The notes beneath the pieces were generated by a model. It searched no databases. It was not told where the DNA came from and saw nothing but the letters and a program-made list of their open reading frames with translations. From Paecilomyces variotii (Eukaryota), in assembly GCA_004022145.1 (NCBI GenBank), contig RCNU01000009.1: a stretch of DNA of 64,000 nt; one strand, written 5' to 3'. Positions 25,474 through 38,739 of the stretch are shown in pieces. Numbering within the stretch: position 1 is the first letter of the stretch; every line of letters begins with the position of its first letter. A program made the position numbers and the translations under genes.

Positions 25474-28400
25474 GGCGGCAGGAGGGCTATCTCAACGGGC
25501 TGTCCGTTGAGATCTGGTGACAAGATGGATGAAGGATGGATGTCCGATGGTCGAGGGAGAAGGGGGTCAAATAAGAGGAGGTCGTCCTCCAAGGTCCCAC
25601 CACGTTTGAGACAACACACCGCAGCCCAGTACCAGTACCAGAAAAATGCAATGGGCCGTATCAGCTGCTGGGCCGACTCACTGAATCCGAGTCATCAAGA
25701 GCCGTCCAAGAACAACGGAGATGAATGGGGTTCGTGATCGATCTCCAGCGACGATGGAACGCTGAGCAGACCGGGTGTGAGGAGAGAAGATGATCGAAAC
25801 GAACGAAACCAAAAAGGGGATCCGTCCAGGCTTCGGGAGCGCCAGTACCCTGAGAGCCGCGACTCGACAATGAATCCGCTAATGGAACAAAGGACAACGA
25901 AGGACTGGCTCCGCGAGGATGTCTTCAAAGGACGGAGACGAAGGGAAAAGGATGGTGTGAGTTGGAGAAGGGGAGTTGGGTGAGTTGGTCGAGGGAAAAG
26001 AGGTGTGAGTCTTCGGGCGATGGCGAGAGCGGAGAAGGGTCTTCTTGGGCTCTCGTCTCTTGTCCGCCACTCGACCGCTTGGGCTGACTGAGCCACTCAC
26101 TCACTACTACCACCGAGTCCGCCGCTCGGCTGGAGTAATAATTAACTATCGGGCCAGAAATTTAACAAGAATCTGATATTTTTTTCTTTCTTACAAAGAA
26201 TCTCTGACGGTCCGATTTTATTTGATCTTTCTTTGTCGCATTCGCCGTTCTCAGCGCTAGCACACTGAGTCAACTTCGCGTTCACTACGCCACGCAGCAT
26301 CGGTACTTAGACTTCAACCCTTAAAAAGCAAAACTGATTAATATCCACGCGGCAGTACCACTAGACTATGCATTGAAGTAGTCTTGAGTATATATACATA
26401 TGTAGTTATCTCTCTACTTCCAATACTGAAGCAGCCTGACCGGGGGTGGAGCACGAGATCCTCAAGCCGGAGCGTGGCCCGCTGCGGTCCGACCCCTCTC
26501 TTGCATGGTCTGTTGCCGTAATAGACCAAAGGACAGCAACCAGATTATCGGAGAAGCTACATTGCGGTATAAAGACAGCAATCGAAAAGGGTTGTCGATC
26601 AGGGTGGATGTCTCCTGCTCAGACACAGACATGCACTGCTGGACTAGGCGGTGCTAGCTTCTAATCATAGCATACAGTTGCCCAATGGATCAATGGATGC
26701 CAGATGCGGTTAGAAGATGGCTATGGGCCTTTCGCCGCTGCTGCTTCATGATCTAGGATTGATATCAAGATCTAGTTAGTAGTAGTAATTATAATATTTA
26801 GGATTGAAATAGCAGCCAAAGCCACACATGATAGCTTTGCTCCCTGCCTGCGAATGTTATGGCCGTCATGGCTGAAGCATTACGCTTTCTCCCAAACACT
26901 CAGGGATAAGCATCAGAGCAATAATACGATGTTGCAGTGTTCTGTAGTGGAAGTTCCCAGCAATACTATTAACCCAAGGTAATATCGTGTCCTCCAGTTA
27001 CCAGGGCAGATATGAACAGATTGCTCAGACGGACGGGCAAGAATCAAGGAAAGACTAGATCGATCGTATATTGGACGGAGGAGGCTGGATCAAGCAGCAG
27101 CATATAGTTACTCGATGTAGATAACAAGGACGTCTCTGACAGAAGGACCGTTACGGTGCTGTCTAAGCATTGGTCAAATAGTTAACTAGAACGTGAATGG
27201 TTTCTACCTTCCGATCAGGTTCTAACGTTACAAGCGGACCCCGAAGTCCATACGCCCGTCTCCACTGACCCCTGTGGTTCCTAAACACGGGTTCGACAGT
27301 AACCGTTGATGTTGAAAGCTTAACTGAATCTCAAGAATTCCTCCGTCGAGGGGCAGCGAGGAGAGGGGGCGAGCCGCGACTTGCTGAGTTTACGACGTTG
27401 TAGGACCCGCGACTGAGCGTGAGGTATCATTCAACAGCCGAAGAAGCCGTAACTTATAAGGATCCGTAGTACCTGCAGAGCAAAACCTAGGGCTTTTCCA
27501 GAACTTCTATGGCTATCTCTAGATACGGAGTACGCAGACTGGAGACGCAAACGCAACTCAAATCCAGCTAGCCTATACATAGTTATATCTTAATTTACTA
27601 ACCGGGTATACGGAGTACTGTTCTGTGCTTGTTCCTTCATCAAGGAGCAGGTTCGGCCGAATGTTCGATTTCTAGAGCAATCCGGACGGCCCGAATCTCT
27701 CCACTGGCTAAATATAATAATAGCTAGTGATTATTGAAGCAGCTGCGATCTATTGACGGCCGGCGCTTTCACGATCATCCTGATACCGTCACAAGTAATT
27801 TCCGGCGCGGGGTGGATGCGGCTCCCGATACTGCTTCAAAGCGCCTGGCTAAAAGGGCCGCTTACCATGGAGTTGGGATCTCAAACTCGTGACCCGGGAC
27901 CGAGACAAAGGCCATGTTGGAATTTTCCCCTGACTTGGTTCTTTTTGATTAATGACTGCGGAGGATAGTGGCCAGGTGATGAATTATACTAAGATCATGG
28001 GCTGCTATGCTATGGCTAAACGGCCGGCAGAGTGACAGGGATCCTATCCGATCACTAGTGTGAAGCACCGACCAAACGCTTGCAGAATCAGAAATTAAAC
28101 AGCGCAGTTGCCATCATACGGGATGGAAATGACGATGCAAAAGTGAATAGGAGGCTGGATTCTCCATCTATTATTATTATTATTATTATGATTCCATATC
28201 TGATTTACCTGATATGTCTGAGCAGGGACCAGCAGTATTATTATTAGCCCTCATCTTGCAACACGGTCATCAAGCTGATATTATTATTATTATTTCGCGC
28301 ACAGGGATGTCGCCCACCGAGAGCCGGGACTTCCAATACCAATAATGTGTCTTGGCTGCCTTCGCACCTCGAAAGTACTACCATAGATATGCGGTCTGTT

Positions 28401-30064
28401 GCTATTTATTCCATTCTGGCGCTTAGGGGACCCCGACAGAAAGGTGCTCCGTGAGATGATTCTCTTCTGGTGTCTCCCAGGATGGCTGGAATATTCAATT
28501 CAATTTTCGCGGGCCGTACGTGACACGGCGTTCGATTTATTATTTATTCTTTCTTCAAGCAGCGGATGCTCGTGCGCTGGATCGCGTTCGTTAATAATAC
28601 TGTAATTGAAATGGCTCCCACGGGACCGTTCGACCCTCCTGGCGGCTCCAGGATGGGTCCAGCCGGACTCTCCTTGACTGGCGAAGCCATACGGAAAAAG
28701 TTTAAGGTGGCCAAGCAGCCAGGTACGTCCGGACGCGATCAGCATGTCTGTGGAGTCTGAATCATTGGACGAAGGGGTCAAGAAGACAGCCACTGACCCA
28801 GTTGGGGCCGGAGTGGACAAGTCGCCTAAGAGCCATCGTCGCTCTCGGGAGAGAGAGAGAGAGAGCGCTTTCGACGCTAGATAGGGGACTCGAGAAGCCA
28901 GGAACAACAACCTTTATGGTTCTTGACAAGCACGGACGAGGCCCTGTCATACTGGAGAGTCAGACAGACGTCTGTTTCTGTTCCTGAATGGCAGGCAGTT
29001 CCATCTAGGAGGGCAAAGACAAAGAGGCTGGTTGTGCTCGCAGTACCAATAAATTATAGCATCCTGTCAGTCCGGCTAGTCTGGATGGTTAGTATAATTT
29101 CCACCGAAATTGGGGGTCAATGACGGGCGGACATCCGGCTGGCGCAGCATCATTACTACTTCCATATTATTCTTGCATACATACCCTGTTGAACGAATTA
29201 ATGGAAGATTCCGCCGTTGACCGTTAAGATTTCCTTATCTCCAGCTGTTTAGAATCATGATTGCGGCGCTGGGGCCATTGCAGAATGACAGCGTTCCTTG
29301 GCTTTCTTAACTTTCCTTCTTGGTTAACTATTCTTCGCACTGTTCAAAAGAATAATAATAATACAATACCAGAAGCACCCCCTATCGACGCTAACCAAAA
29401 GCCGTCCTGAACATCCCATCTCGTTTCCTCTCTCTCCCCCTTCCCCTTCGACTCGTTCTCCTCCTCCTCCACTTGGCCCCGTAAGCCAACCAAGCGATCT
29501 TGCCAACCGGGACCTCTCCCGTCCACTGCTAACTTATCCCTTCCCACCAGCAGCCTCGTCTCTGTGCTTGTCTTGTCTTGCCCTGTAGACGACACTAGAC
29601 CGAGAAGCTCCTGTCGCGGCTAGACTACTCTCCTCATCTCCTTCCCAGCTTTCCTGTCAGAAACACAGACAGATAGACAGACAACCAGAGGGAGAGAGAG
29701 AGAGACGTGCACTCTTTTCTTTTTTTTTCTTCTCTCGTTCTTCTTTATCCCTTTCCTGTCCTCCTAATTCAAGTGTATCAATCTATCTATCTATCTGTGT
29801 TCCTGTGTGGCCGTGTTGGCTCCCATTATTATTGTTCCTCTTTTCCCCTGCTTCCTAAGCCGTCCGCGTTTCTCACCCCGTTTCCCCCCCCCCCGGTCGA
29901 AACCTTCGCTCGGTCGCTTCCGCAGGCTCGCCCAACTCCACACCAAGCACTCTCGTCGTCCCTCCCTTCTCCCCTGGATCGCATCTCGACTTCCACCTCG
30001 ACCTGTCGACCGCTTTCCTTTCAATTGCTTTCCAGTTCTCCTCTAGGGGTAACACTCGTTCGAC

Positions 30065-31554
30065 ATGGCGGCCGATATGAGCGGCGAGCAGATGCAGGCC
30101 AAGATCGCGGCCGCGAGGCGCGAGGCTGAAGGACTGAAGGATAAGATCAAGCGCAGGAAGGATGAGCTGGCAGATACGACCCGTACGATTCCCATTTTCG
30201 CTTTCTGATAGACGTCTGGAGAGATGAATCCGGGCAATGGGGATTCACTGCCTCACGCTCCGATCGCCGTGTCTTCACTGGCGAGGGTGCCTCCTTTATT
30301 CTCGAGTAGCTGCTGACCTGTTCCGTATGCAGTCCGTCAAGTCGCCCAAAGCCATACTGAAGCGCTACCGAGGATTGGAATGAAGCCGCGAAGGAATCTG
30401 AAGGGTCATTTGGCAAAGATTTACGCCATGCACTGGTCGACAGACCGACGCCATCTGGTCTCCGCCTCCCAGGACGGCAAGCTGATCATCTGGGACGCAT
30501 ACACGACGAACAAAGTCCACGCCATTCCGCTACGGTCATCCTGGGTCATGACCTGTGCTTACGCTCCCAGCGGAAACTTCGTGGCCTGCGGTGGCCTGGA
30601 TAACATCTGTTCCATCTACAACCTCTCCTCCCGTGAGGGCCCGACCCGCGTCGCGCGAGAGCTCTCCGGACACTCCGGCTACCTTTCTTGCTGCCGTTTC
30701 ATTAACGATCGCCGAATAATCACATCCTCCGGAGACATGACCTGCATGCTATGGGATATCGAGTCGGGATCCAAGGTCACCGAGTTCGCTGACCACCTAG
30801 GTGACGTGATGTCTATCAGCATCAACCCCACCAACCAGAACATCTTCGTCTCCGGCGCTTGCGATGCTTTCGCTAAGCTCTGGGATATCCGTACCGGCAA
30901 GGCCGTCCAGACCTTTGCTGGACACGAGTCCGATATCAACGCGATCCAGTTCTTCCCCGATGGAAACGCCTTCGGTACCGGCTCGGACGACACCTCTTGC
31001 CGTCTCTTCGACATCCGCGCAGACCGTGAGCTAAACACATACCAGGTACGTCTCTTTCCTTCAGGACTCTGCTTGGGACACCGTCTTTCCCATTACGTAC
31101 CCCTATTCCCCTGTCTACGCTGGCAAATTGCCACGTCCCAGGAGCCGTTTTATCTGTCACCATATTCACGGTACATTTTGACTAACACAACACCATTACA
31201 GAGCGACCAAGTCCTGTGCGGAATCACTTCCGTCGCATTCTCCGTATCTGGACGATTGCTGTTCGCTGGTTACGATGATTTCGAGTGCAAGGTATGTCAA
31301 TTGCTTTCACTATACGTCTGATCTGAACAGCTTAACTCACAATTTGCGATAGGTTTGGGATGTTCTGCGTGGAGAGAAAGTCGGCTCTTTGAGCGGCCAC
31401 GAGAACCGTGTCAGCTGTCTTGGTGTCAGCAATGACGGAATCAGTCTCTGCACTGGTTCTTGGGATTCCTTGGTGAGTGCTTATTGAAAACCACGAATAC
31501 GAGAGGTTAACTAATGAAATTTGCGTCTTATAGCTCAAGATTTGGGCCTGGTAA
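30065..31554 (+). CDS. sfaD: Heterotrimeric G protein beta subunit
   Basis: [28 protein letters not shown] coiled coil; [27 protein letters not shown]40 repeats; ends TGSWDSLLKIWAW*; four introns. Confidence 0.97.
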
Positions 31555-33725
31555 ACGAGTATCTGCATTTTATTATCTCGCAGCTATCTCGCGACATCCG
31601 TTTCTTGCTGCCCGATGGGCTAAACGTCTGCCATTGTACGATAATTCTTATTCCTCTCGAGATACCATCGCCGCGCGATCTCCCATAATGTCTACCTCTC
31701 GAGCGTGGCGGGGACTCGAATACTACAAAACGATAAAAGGTTTGATCGCAAAATGTCGGCGGTTGACCAGCTCTGTTTTCCACGTGGTTCTGCTTCAAAA
31801 ACGACATGCACATGAAGACATGAAAGACCTGGTGCTTCCCGGATGCCACGACTCTAAACATTTAGAGGGGTGGGCGGGTTCGAGGGTACACAGATATGCT
31901 GTCGTCTCTTGTTTGGTTCCTCCACGCCATTCCCTCAGGGCCTTCAAGTCCTCATTCCCGCTTGAAGCTTCTCTTCTTTTAACTTCCTGTCTTATTTCCT
32001 TTCTTCCCTTCTACTAGCCTTTTTTGTCTCTTGTCTTTACTGTATCCCCTATACACCGCTTTTTGCATGTACCCTTTTGTGTTCTTGTTTGTGGAAGAGG
32101 AATCGATTTCCGGATAGGTCGTCATGTTCTTCTGTTTGAATCTCTACTGTTTTGTTTAATCATATTACCCTCAGCTCCGTGTCTTCCCCTGGCTTTTCCC
32201 ATTTTGCGGAATTGGTTGTCGTTGTTGACCCTTGCTCCAATGTCACTTGGGGTATCCCGTTTAGGTGACTGCCCCCTGTCATATCTATCCTCCCAGACTC
32301 CCACCACTCCTATTAGGAGCAGCGAGTGCTGCAAATTTATCACTCACTGAAGTTTGGAAGCGTCTTCTCTTTTGTGTCTCGATCTCGATGTCCCTTTTCT
32401 TACTCGTTAAGCTGGCCAGGATCTACTTTATCGTTTTTCCAGCGAGAATCAAGTGCCCGCTTGCAAAGCACCAGCCCATGAGCTGTCAACGGGTCTTCTA
32501 GATCAAAGTTTCCTTTGTGTGTTTGTTCTCAATTTAGACATAATTGAGAAAATCCCAAAAGTTAACATTATTAAATGCTTGCTCTGGTTGCATCTCGAGG
32601 ACATCACTGGATTACACACCGTAACTTCCAGGCCCCATTTAATGATCATAACTTATGATTCTATAGTGTGGTTGAGAGTCCAACAACAGAATAGAGTATA
32701 GTTAGCGCCTTCTGCTCCACTCGTGTCCACCCTTGGCATGGCCGATCAACTCGCGATCCCGATTCAACTGCACTGCATCCTGTAGTGGTGCGTGAGGCGG
32801 AGAATTGGCGTGCAGGTGCGGCTCTATTTAGTGTATCCCGTAGTCAGTACAGCAACTGAGTACGTCTACGTATATACATACATACATATAATGAAATTCT
32901 TCTATCATCAGAAAGTCAGAATTGACTAGTTCGTCGAAAGAGTTAAGTCTCTTCGAAAATAAGCGAAAGAGTCTCGAGTCGAGGTAATATAGTTGCGAAA
33001 TAGTACGGAGTAGTTACTGTATATTATTACCTCTAGACTCTAGATAACTATGAAGATTAATTCCATAGATCCCAAATCTAGGTAAGAACCGAAGAAGGTT
33101 TTCGTCCGTGATGTATGCGTGACTTCTGACTAGCTGACTAGTTAATCAAGACGAAAAGACTGGATCTTGGCGTTTTAAGGCTATGGACTTGTGAGATATT
33201 TGGAGAATATAATTGGTGTTAATGACTAGTATTAACTATGTGTGGCAGTCTTGTTATACTCTGAAAGAGCGAGGGTTAATATAAATACAAGAGAAAAAAA
33301 GAAGAAAAAAAAAAAAGGCTCGAGCGTGGATGTTAGGGGCTAGTCATATCTGGATCTAACTACTGTGCTACCTGGCCTCCCTGTTGAGGGAAAAAGGCTT
33401 CCTTGTCGGATATATAGTCATGGTGAGGGTGAATTAGAAGCACGCCCATAGTAGATCTACCTGTAGGCGCCGACTATGGTTAATGATTTTCTTTTTTCTT
33501 TCCCAATCAGCTGAGAGGTTGGTAGTGCTAAAGATAATGAATATCTATTTTATGGGAAATATAAGTTCTGTCCTCTGGATTTTTGCGGCTTCGGGTGGAA
33601 TTGTCAAGACTGGGCTCGAGGGCGGACGGATTTATCTATAATGGGTACACACGCAAGACGGTAACGGCATAGCTCAAGGAGAAAAATGAGTGATGCTCGT
33701 CGATGCCGAAGAAATCTACCAAGTT

Positions 33726-34472
33726 TCAAAACATTTCTACCTCACTATCAATCTCAAATTCCTTTCTATAAGACGGCATAACTTCATCCACAATATCAAC
33801 CCACCATCTTTGACATCGACTCCCAAACAGAGCTTTTCTATATTCCCACCATTCAGGCCAAAAGCCAGCCATTTCCCAATCAATCATTCCCGTAACATCT
33901 CCAGTCTTTTTATCGACCAGGATATTATCATATGAGAAATCACCATGCGCGAAATGCACGATGAAGTCATCGGAAAATTGCTGGCGGTATTTCAAGTACA
34001 GCTCCGGACGAGGACATCGTTTTACTGGTGTCACGAGAAAATCATGGAACTCAGACACGGAATAGAATGGCCCGATAGGAAATCCGTTGTTTAATCGGTG
34101 GTCATAAGCGGATGCCCCTGAGCAGGATCCAATCTGTCCTTGAATCGATGGGTGTAGGTCTCGAAGCTGATGAAGATATGATTTCAGTTGGGATAGTGTG
34201 TTTTGTCGAGCATGATCATTTAGATTCGGCCATGCTGAACTAAGAGTGGTACCGCGGAGACGATTCATTAGAAACGAACTGTTGTTTGAGTCTATTTGAT
34301 AGTCGAGAATTTCAGGGATAGGAATTGTTGTATGCCTGCGGATAAAAGCGATGGCTTCGATTTCACGTTTTATTTTGAAGATGCTGCCAGATTTGCGAAT
34401 GATAGAGCTAGTTTCATATGAGATTCGTCCGGTTTGACGAGTTATGGGACCGCTGGAGGTGGAAGAAGCCAT
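33726..34472 (-). CDS. Aminoglycoside phosphotransferase/choline kinase-like (APH family) kinase
   Basis: Intronless 248 aa; REIEAIAFIRRHTTIPIPEI, Brenner motif HGDFSYDNILV, IDWEMAGFWPEWWEY. Confidence 0.85.
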   Translation of the reverse strand: MASSTSSGPITRQTGRISYETSSIIRKSGSIFKIKREIEAIAFIRRHTTIPIPEILDYQIDSNNSSFLMNRLRGTTLSSAWPNLNDHARQNTLSQLKSYLHQLRDLHPSIQGQIGSCSGASAYDHRLNNGFPIGPFYSVSEFHDFLVTPVKRCPRPELYLKYRQQFSDDFIVHFAHGDFSYDNILVDKKTGDVTGMIDWEMAGFWPEWWEYRKALFGSRCQRWWVDIVDEVMPSYRKEFEIDSEVEMF

Positions 34473-35495
34473 GAGGCGGTAGGTATAGAAGGGTGTCGAT
34501 TCCAGTCAGGAGTCCTGATGATTGAACCCCTGATGTAGTTGTTTGACGGCCAGTTCACTGCCAGATCTAAGAGAATGCCTCCACAAAAGATTATTTGCCT
34601 GCCCTGGTATAGCAATTAGGCAGCAAGATAACATGTCAGTAGGAGGAGTAGCTAATGCTTATTGCGGTCTATTAGGTAAGGCTTAATTTATGTAACTCTT
34701 ATAGAAGTCTCTATAGCAACCGCGATAAAGAAGCTGTAGCTCGAAGTCAGGCCTGACTGACAAAAATAGCATTTACGGATCGTGTACCAGCGCCTAATAC
34801 ACCACGGGAAATTGTTCAACTATGTCGAATCCTTTGGCACGGAAGCAAGGTCTGACCTGAACAACTTGAATTGCCTGTTAGATTTAGGGCGAATTTGATC
34901 CCATGTTTATCTTTAGCATACAAAGAATCTAGATCCTAGTAATCTAGTGGGTTCCATCCTATAATCAGGAATTCAAAGAATCGGCCGCAAGCGGATGATT
35001 GACAGATCACCTGGCGTTCGCTTTGTACGCCGGCAAACTATTCGGAATCTCGATTAGCAGATCTCGTCAACATGAATCAAGGGAAAGGGACGAAAAGAAT
35101 ATGATCCGAATGCGAAAACGCCATTTGTGGGGTGGTAGGTTGTTTCTTTATATCTGTTCTTGGAGTAGAGAATGAGGGTTGGCCAGACTTCGGTAGTTAA
35201 CTAGTTCAAGGTAATGAGTAATGTGGAGGATTTGACCCCTGACGCTATTTGAGCTTTGATATTTTCATGTGCGCACCCGCATCAATGTAATGTTGCTAGG
35301 GAGATAGATTATGCGGGACACAAGCACAGTCGTACAGGGCTTTTGTGATAGCCCCGAGCTTGTTTATATGCTGCATGGGATAGCAATATTGATTGGGCCG
35401 TTACCGCAAAAGAAGGGGGAAAAGGGAACTTAGTCGACTTAATAGGGGTCCGATATAACTGGCTCAGTTAACTCGCTACTACCTACTCTGTGATG

Positions 35496-36300
35496 TTAAT
35501 CCCTGTAGCAGATTAGACGATCCTCGATCGACATGTGCAAGTCTCTTTGGGAATATTTAAGCATAAGATTAAACCTGTTTGATGCCTGCGGCGTAGTTAC
35601 CCCGTAACTACCTAGTAGAGTCATCACTCCATAGCATGCAGGACAGGGGGCCTGTATGATCAACTGACGGCGCGTATACAAGCTTTGTAGTCCAATTAAT
35701 GACCATACCTGCATAATAGAAACGGAATGGCTTCTGATAGAATTTGCCGTTTGTTTTCCCGCTCTGATATAGTTTTTTGCTCCACAGTCCACACCCAGTT
35801 TAGTCTGCTGTAGATAGCGTAAGTGCAGATTTAATTTCGGACTGAGGTTCGCCATGCACAGACCTTGTGCAAGTTGCGCAACAGCCGTTAGAACGGTTAG
35901 ATAGTGTTGGGTTAGTGTTGTCCCTGCAGTAATAACCTGGAGATCCGCGATAGCCTCTCTAAAAATCTTATCCATGAGACAGGCTTTTGCTATTTTGTTC
36001 TTTATGCGCTATACTTCTATCACAGCATCTCCTTTCAGCGTATTCGGAATCCGGTGAAGATTAGCGATGCTCTTCCAGGCCATACTCTCCTGTCTCTCCA
36101 AGCGATGGGTTTTCTGTCAAGTGATCCTCCACAGACATGAGAGAGCAGATCGCAATGGAAATACTGGCACCGACTGCTCCGTAGTACATGTCCCGCTCAA
36201 CATATTCTGCTATGGAGTGATAATCATGAGCTTGTCTCAGACGAATATGTTGCGACCCCATACTTGTTGTTATCATCATGGCTAGACCTACGCCTCCTCA
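35496..36300 (-). pseudogene. Possible decayed TPR-repeat (NLR C-terminus-like) coding relic
   Basis: Frame of ORF 35496-35975 extends past a TAG at 36009-36011: NTLKGDAVIEV*RIKNKIAKACLMDKIFREAIADLQVITAGTTLTQHYLTVLTAVAQLAQGL, loosely fitting kinesin-light-chain-type TPR. A neighbouring frame has LMSVEDHLTENPSL. By-eye similarity only. Confidence 0.3.
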
Positions 36301-37795
36301 TTATTAGATCACCGCCAAGATAGGACCGAGCACACGTCACAACAGAATACTCTGTAAGCCGAGGTTGTTTCGTCTTGTCTCTGCGGGCTTTGAAACTACC
36401 TACCGTCCTGGGGGCCGAAACATGCAAGAACCTGAAACACGGCTATAGTACGCGTCGCAGCCAACAAGACGCAGGACGTAATTATAGTAGCAAGACGATA
36501 TTGGGAACCAGGAAGAGCATGCAGTGCCCGGTGAATGAGGCCCAGAGCCGGCCGGTTATGTTGCAGTACTTTTGTATATCGGTATAGCACTTGTATAAGC
36601 GCTCAGTCCACTGTATTCTGCGTTGGCTCCGTGCTCTAAAGTGTAGATTAGCCTACCGCTAACGATGCCGGACTTCGTCTCCCATCTGCTTTTATTGCAA
36701 TTTGCACGAGGTCAGCAGACACGGACCACGTCGGATGCCTCCGAGGTAAAAGATCCGTGAATAATAATTGCTTCCAGAAGCCTCAAAATTGGCACACGGA
36801 ATCCAAAGTTTAATCATGGCTATCTAGATATCGGTCCCTTTCCTGTAGCAAGGGTCCTGTCCAGATCGCAGACGCAATTCTCCGACGGAATATTCTTCGA
36901 GCCTTCTAGGGGGCCCCCAGCCCGTCTTAGCGTCGTCCAGATGGCTGTTGAGAAGGCATTTGCAGAAAACGACGCCTCTTTCTGGTTCAGGGGCTGTGGG
37001 CTAACGAATAACTGTTGAGCGTTTGCGGGGCGATCATCACTTTTGAAACGACGGCGATGCGAAACGAAAGCGAGTAAGGCCCTATAAGCGTAAAGCTGCC
37101 CGTTGGCGCTGAGAGATGGCTGCAGTGAAGGATTTCTCCGCGTGTAGATTGGTGGTCAGGATGAAAAGGAGCTCCGCCAAGGGAGAAGGAATCAGCCGCT
37201 TCTCTCGTCGTGCTGTGTCCACCGCCCGCGACAAAAAAACAACCGCCTCTTTCCCAGCAACCCCCCTGAGAAAATCTCTTCTCGTCTTTCAACGCACTGC
37301 GGCATCCTGAGAAGCACTATTGGCTGTTGAAATCCGGGTAAGTCTGTCTATCAAGCGCATTGCACGTCTGTCCTCATGCTGGAGCTTCCCGCGGGGTGAC
37401 GCTGATCATCATTATTATTGTATACCCAAACCTATTGAGACTCTTCTTCGAGGCTTAGACCATCAATTGTCCACGATGGCTGGGGCTAACGCGCTACTCA
37501 GTAGTAATTACAGTGTTTCAAAGCTACATACATCACCCCAAAATCAAATCCCTTCTGATCTGGCTCAATCTTCTCGAAGCTATCAGCGACTAGGGACGAC
37601 CCCACCGTCAACAAGAAGGCTGAAACGCACTGCGTGGCGGACAGGGTCATCGTTCTCCAGTCTGGTTCCACGTTTCTGTTATCTCGCTAGCCCACGCGAT
37701 CACCGCTTTCACCCAGGGCTATTCCCTGTCTTTCCTCTCCGCAACGACTTCATCTGTATAAAACCATCTGTTGTCCCCGCGTCTACTCCTCCGCC

Positions 37796-38739
37796 ATGTC
37801 TACCGCAGCTCAAGAAGAAGTCGACCGTCTCTTCAATCAGAAGGAACGGTATACATCTCATCCGGAAGATCGTGACGACCCCGACGACAAGTCGAGTTCT
37901 GAAGCCGACGACGAGGGCCCGGACTACGTCAACTCCGATTCAGACAGCGATACATACAACATGGTCTCCAGACCCTCGAATTACCATATCCCCACACAAA
38001 CATACGATGCAAACACAGGCCCCAAGGGTGTGATCGCAGATGCACAATCCTATGAGCGTGCAAAGAAGCGATCCTTCCGGCGCACCCTGATGGGTGTGAC
38101 CGGAATGGATCATTTTTCCAACAAGTCGAAGCAGGAGTCAAGACCGTTGAGGGACCGTCGTTCTACTGAAGGTTCTCCAAGTGAAGAAGATGAGGAGTTC
38201 ATGCGCATGTGGCGTGAAGCCCGACTACAAGAATTACAACAACGCAGTAGAAGCAAGACCAGTCCCAGTCGGAGAACCTATGGAACGGTGGAGAAGGTCG
38301 ATGCTAATGGATACCTTGATGCCATCGAGGGAGCTTCACCGGAGACGGTCGTCTGCGTCTGCATATATGATCCAGAGGTACGTCTTCTGCTCTATGTCTG
38401 ACATCGTCGCCAAGGACTAGTTCTAACATGTCAACAGTCGACCTTGAGCTCTATTGTGGAAGACTCGCTTGTTACTATTGCTCGCAAGAACGTGGCAACT
38501 CGCTTTATCAAACTGCATCATGAGATTGCGGAGATGGAGAACGTTACACCTCCCGCTTTGATAGCCTACAAACGTGGAGACGTGTTCGCGAGCATAATGG
38601 ATATCATCTCTCAGCTGCCCAGCGGCAGAGACTTGAGCCCTGCCAGCCTTGAAGACTTGCTGAAGCTGTATGTGCACTTCTTCTATCCTGGTACATCGCG
38701 ACCGCTCGCTAACTGTCACATAGATACCGCATTGTGTAA
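37796..38739 (+). CDS. phnA: Phosducin-like protein (G-beta-gamma chaperone)
   Basis: NTGPKGVIADA phosducin motif, EEFMRMWREARLQEL, thioredoxin-like C-domain (PALIAYKRGDVFA). Introns at about 38378-38437 and 38668-38723; ends LLKLYRIV*. Confidence 0.92.

Noticed and set aside
27240-27310. GGTTCGA resembling a tRNA T-loop
   Set aside because: No cloverleaf stems or A-box could be built.
31514-32701. Several 80-167 aa ORFs downstream of sfaD
   Set aside because: Pyrimidine-rich 3' UTR-like sequence; no domain signal.
37320-38033. 237-aa ORF overlapping the phnA start
   Set aside because: Non-ATG start, spans a probable UTR intron, out of frame with phnA, no protein-like features.
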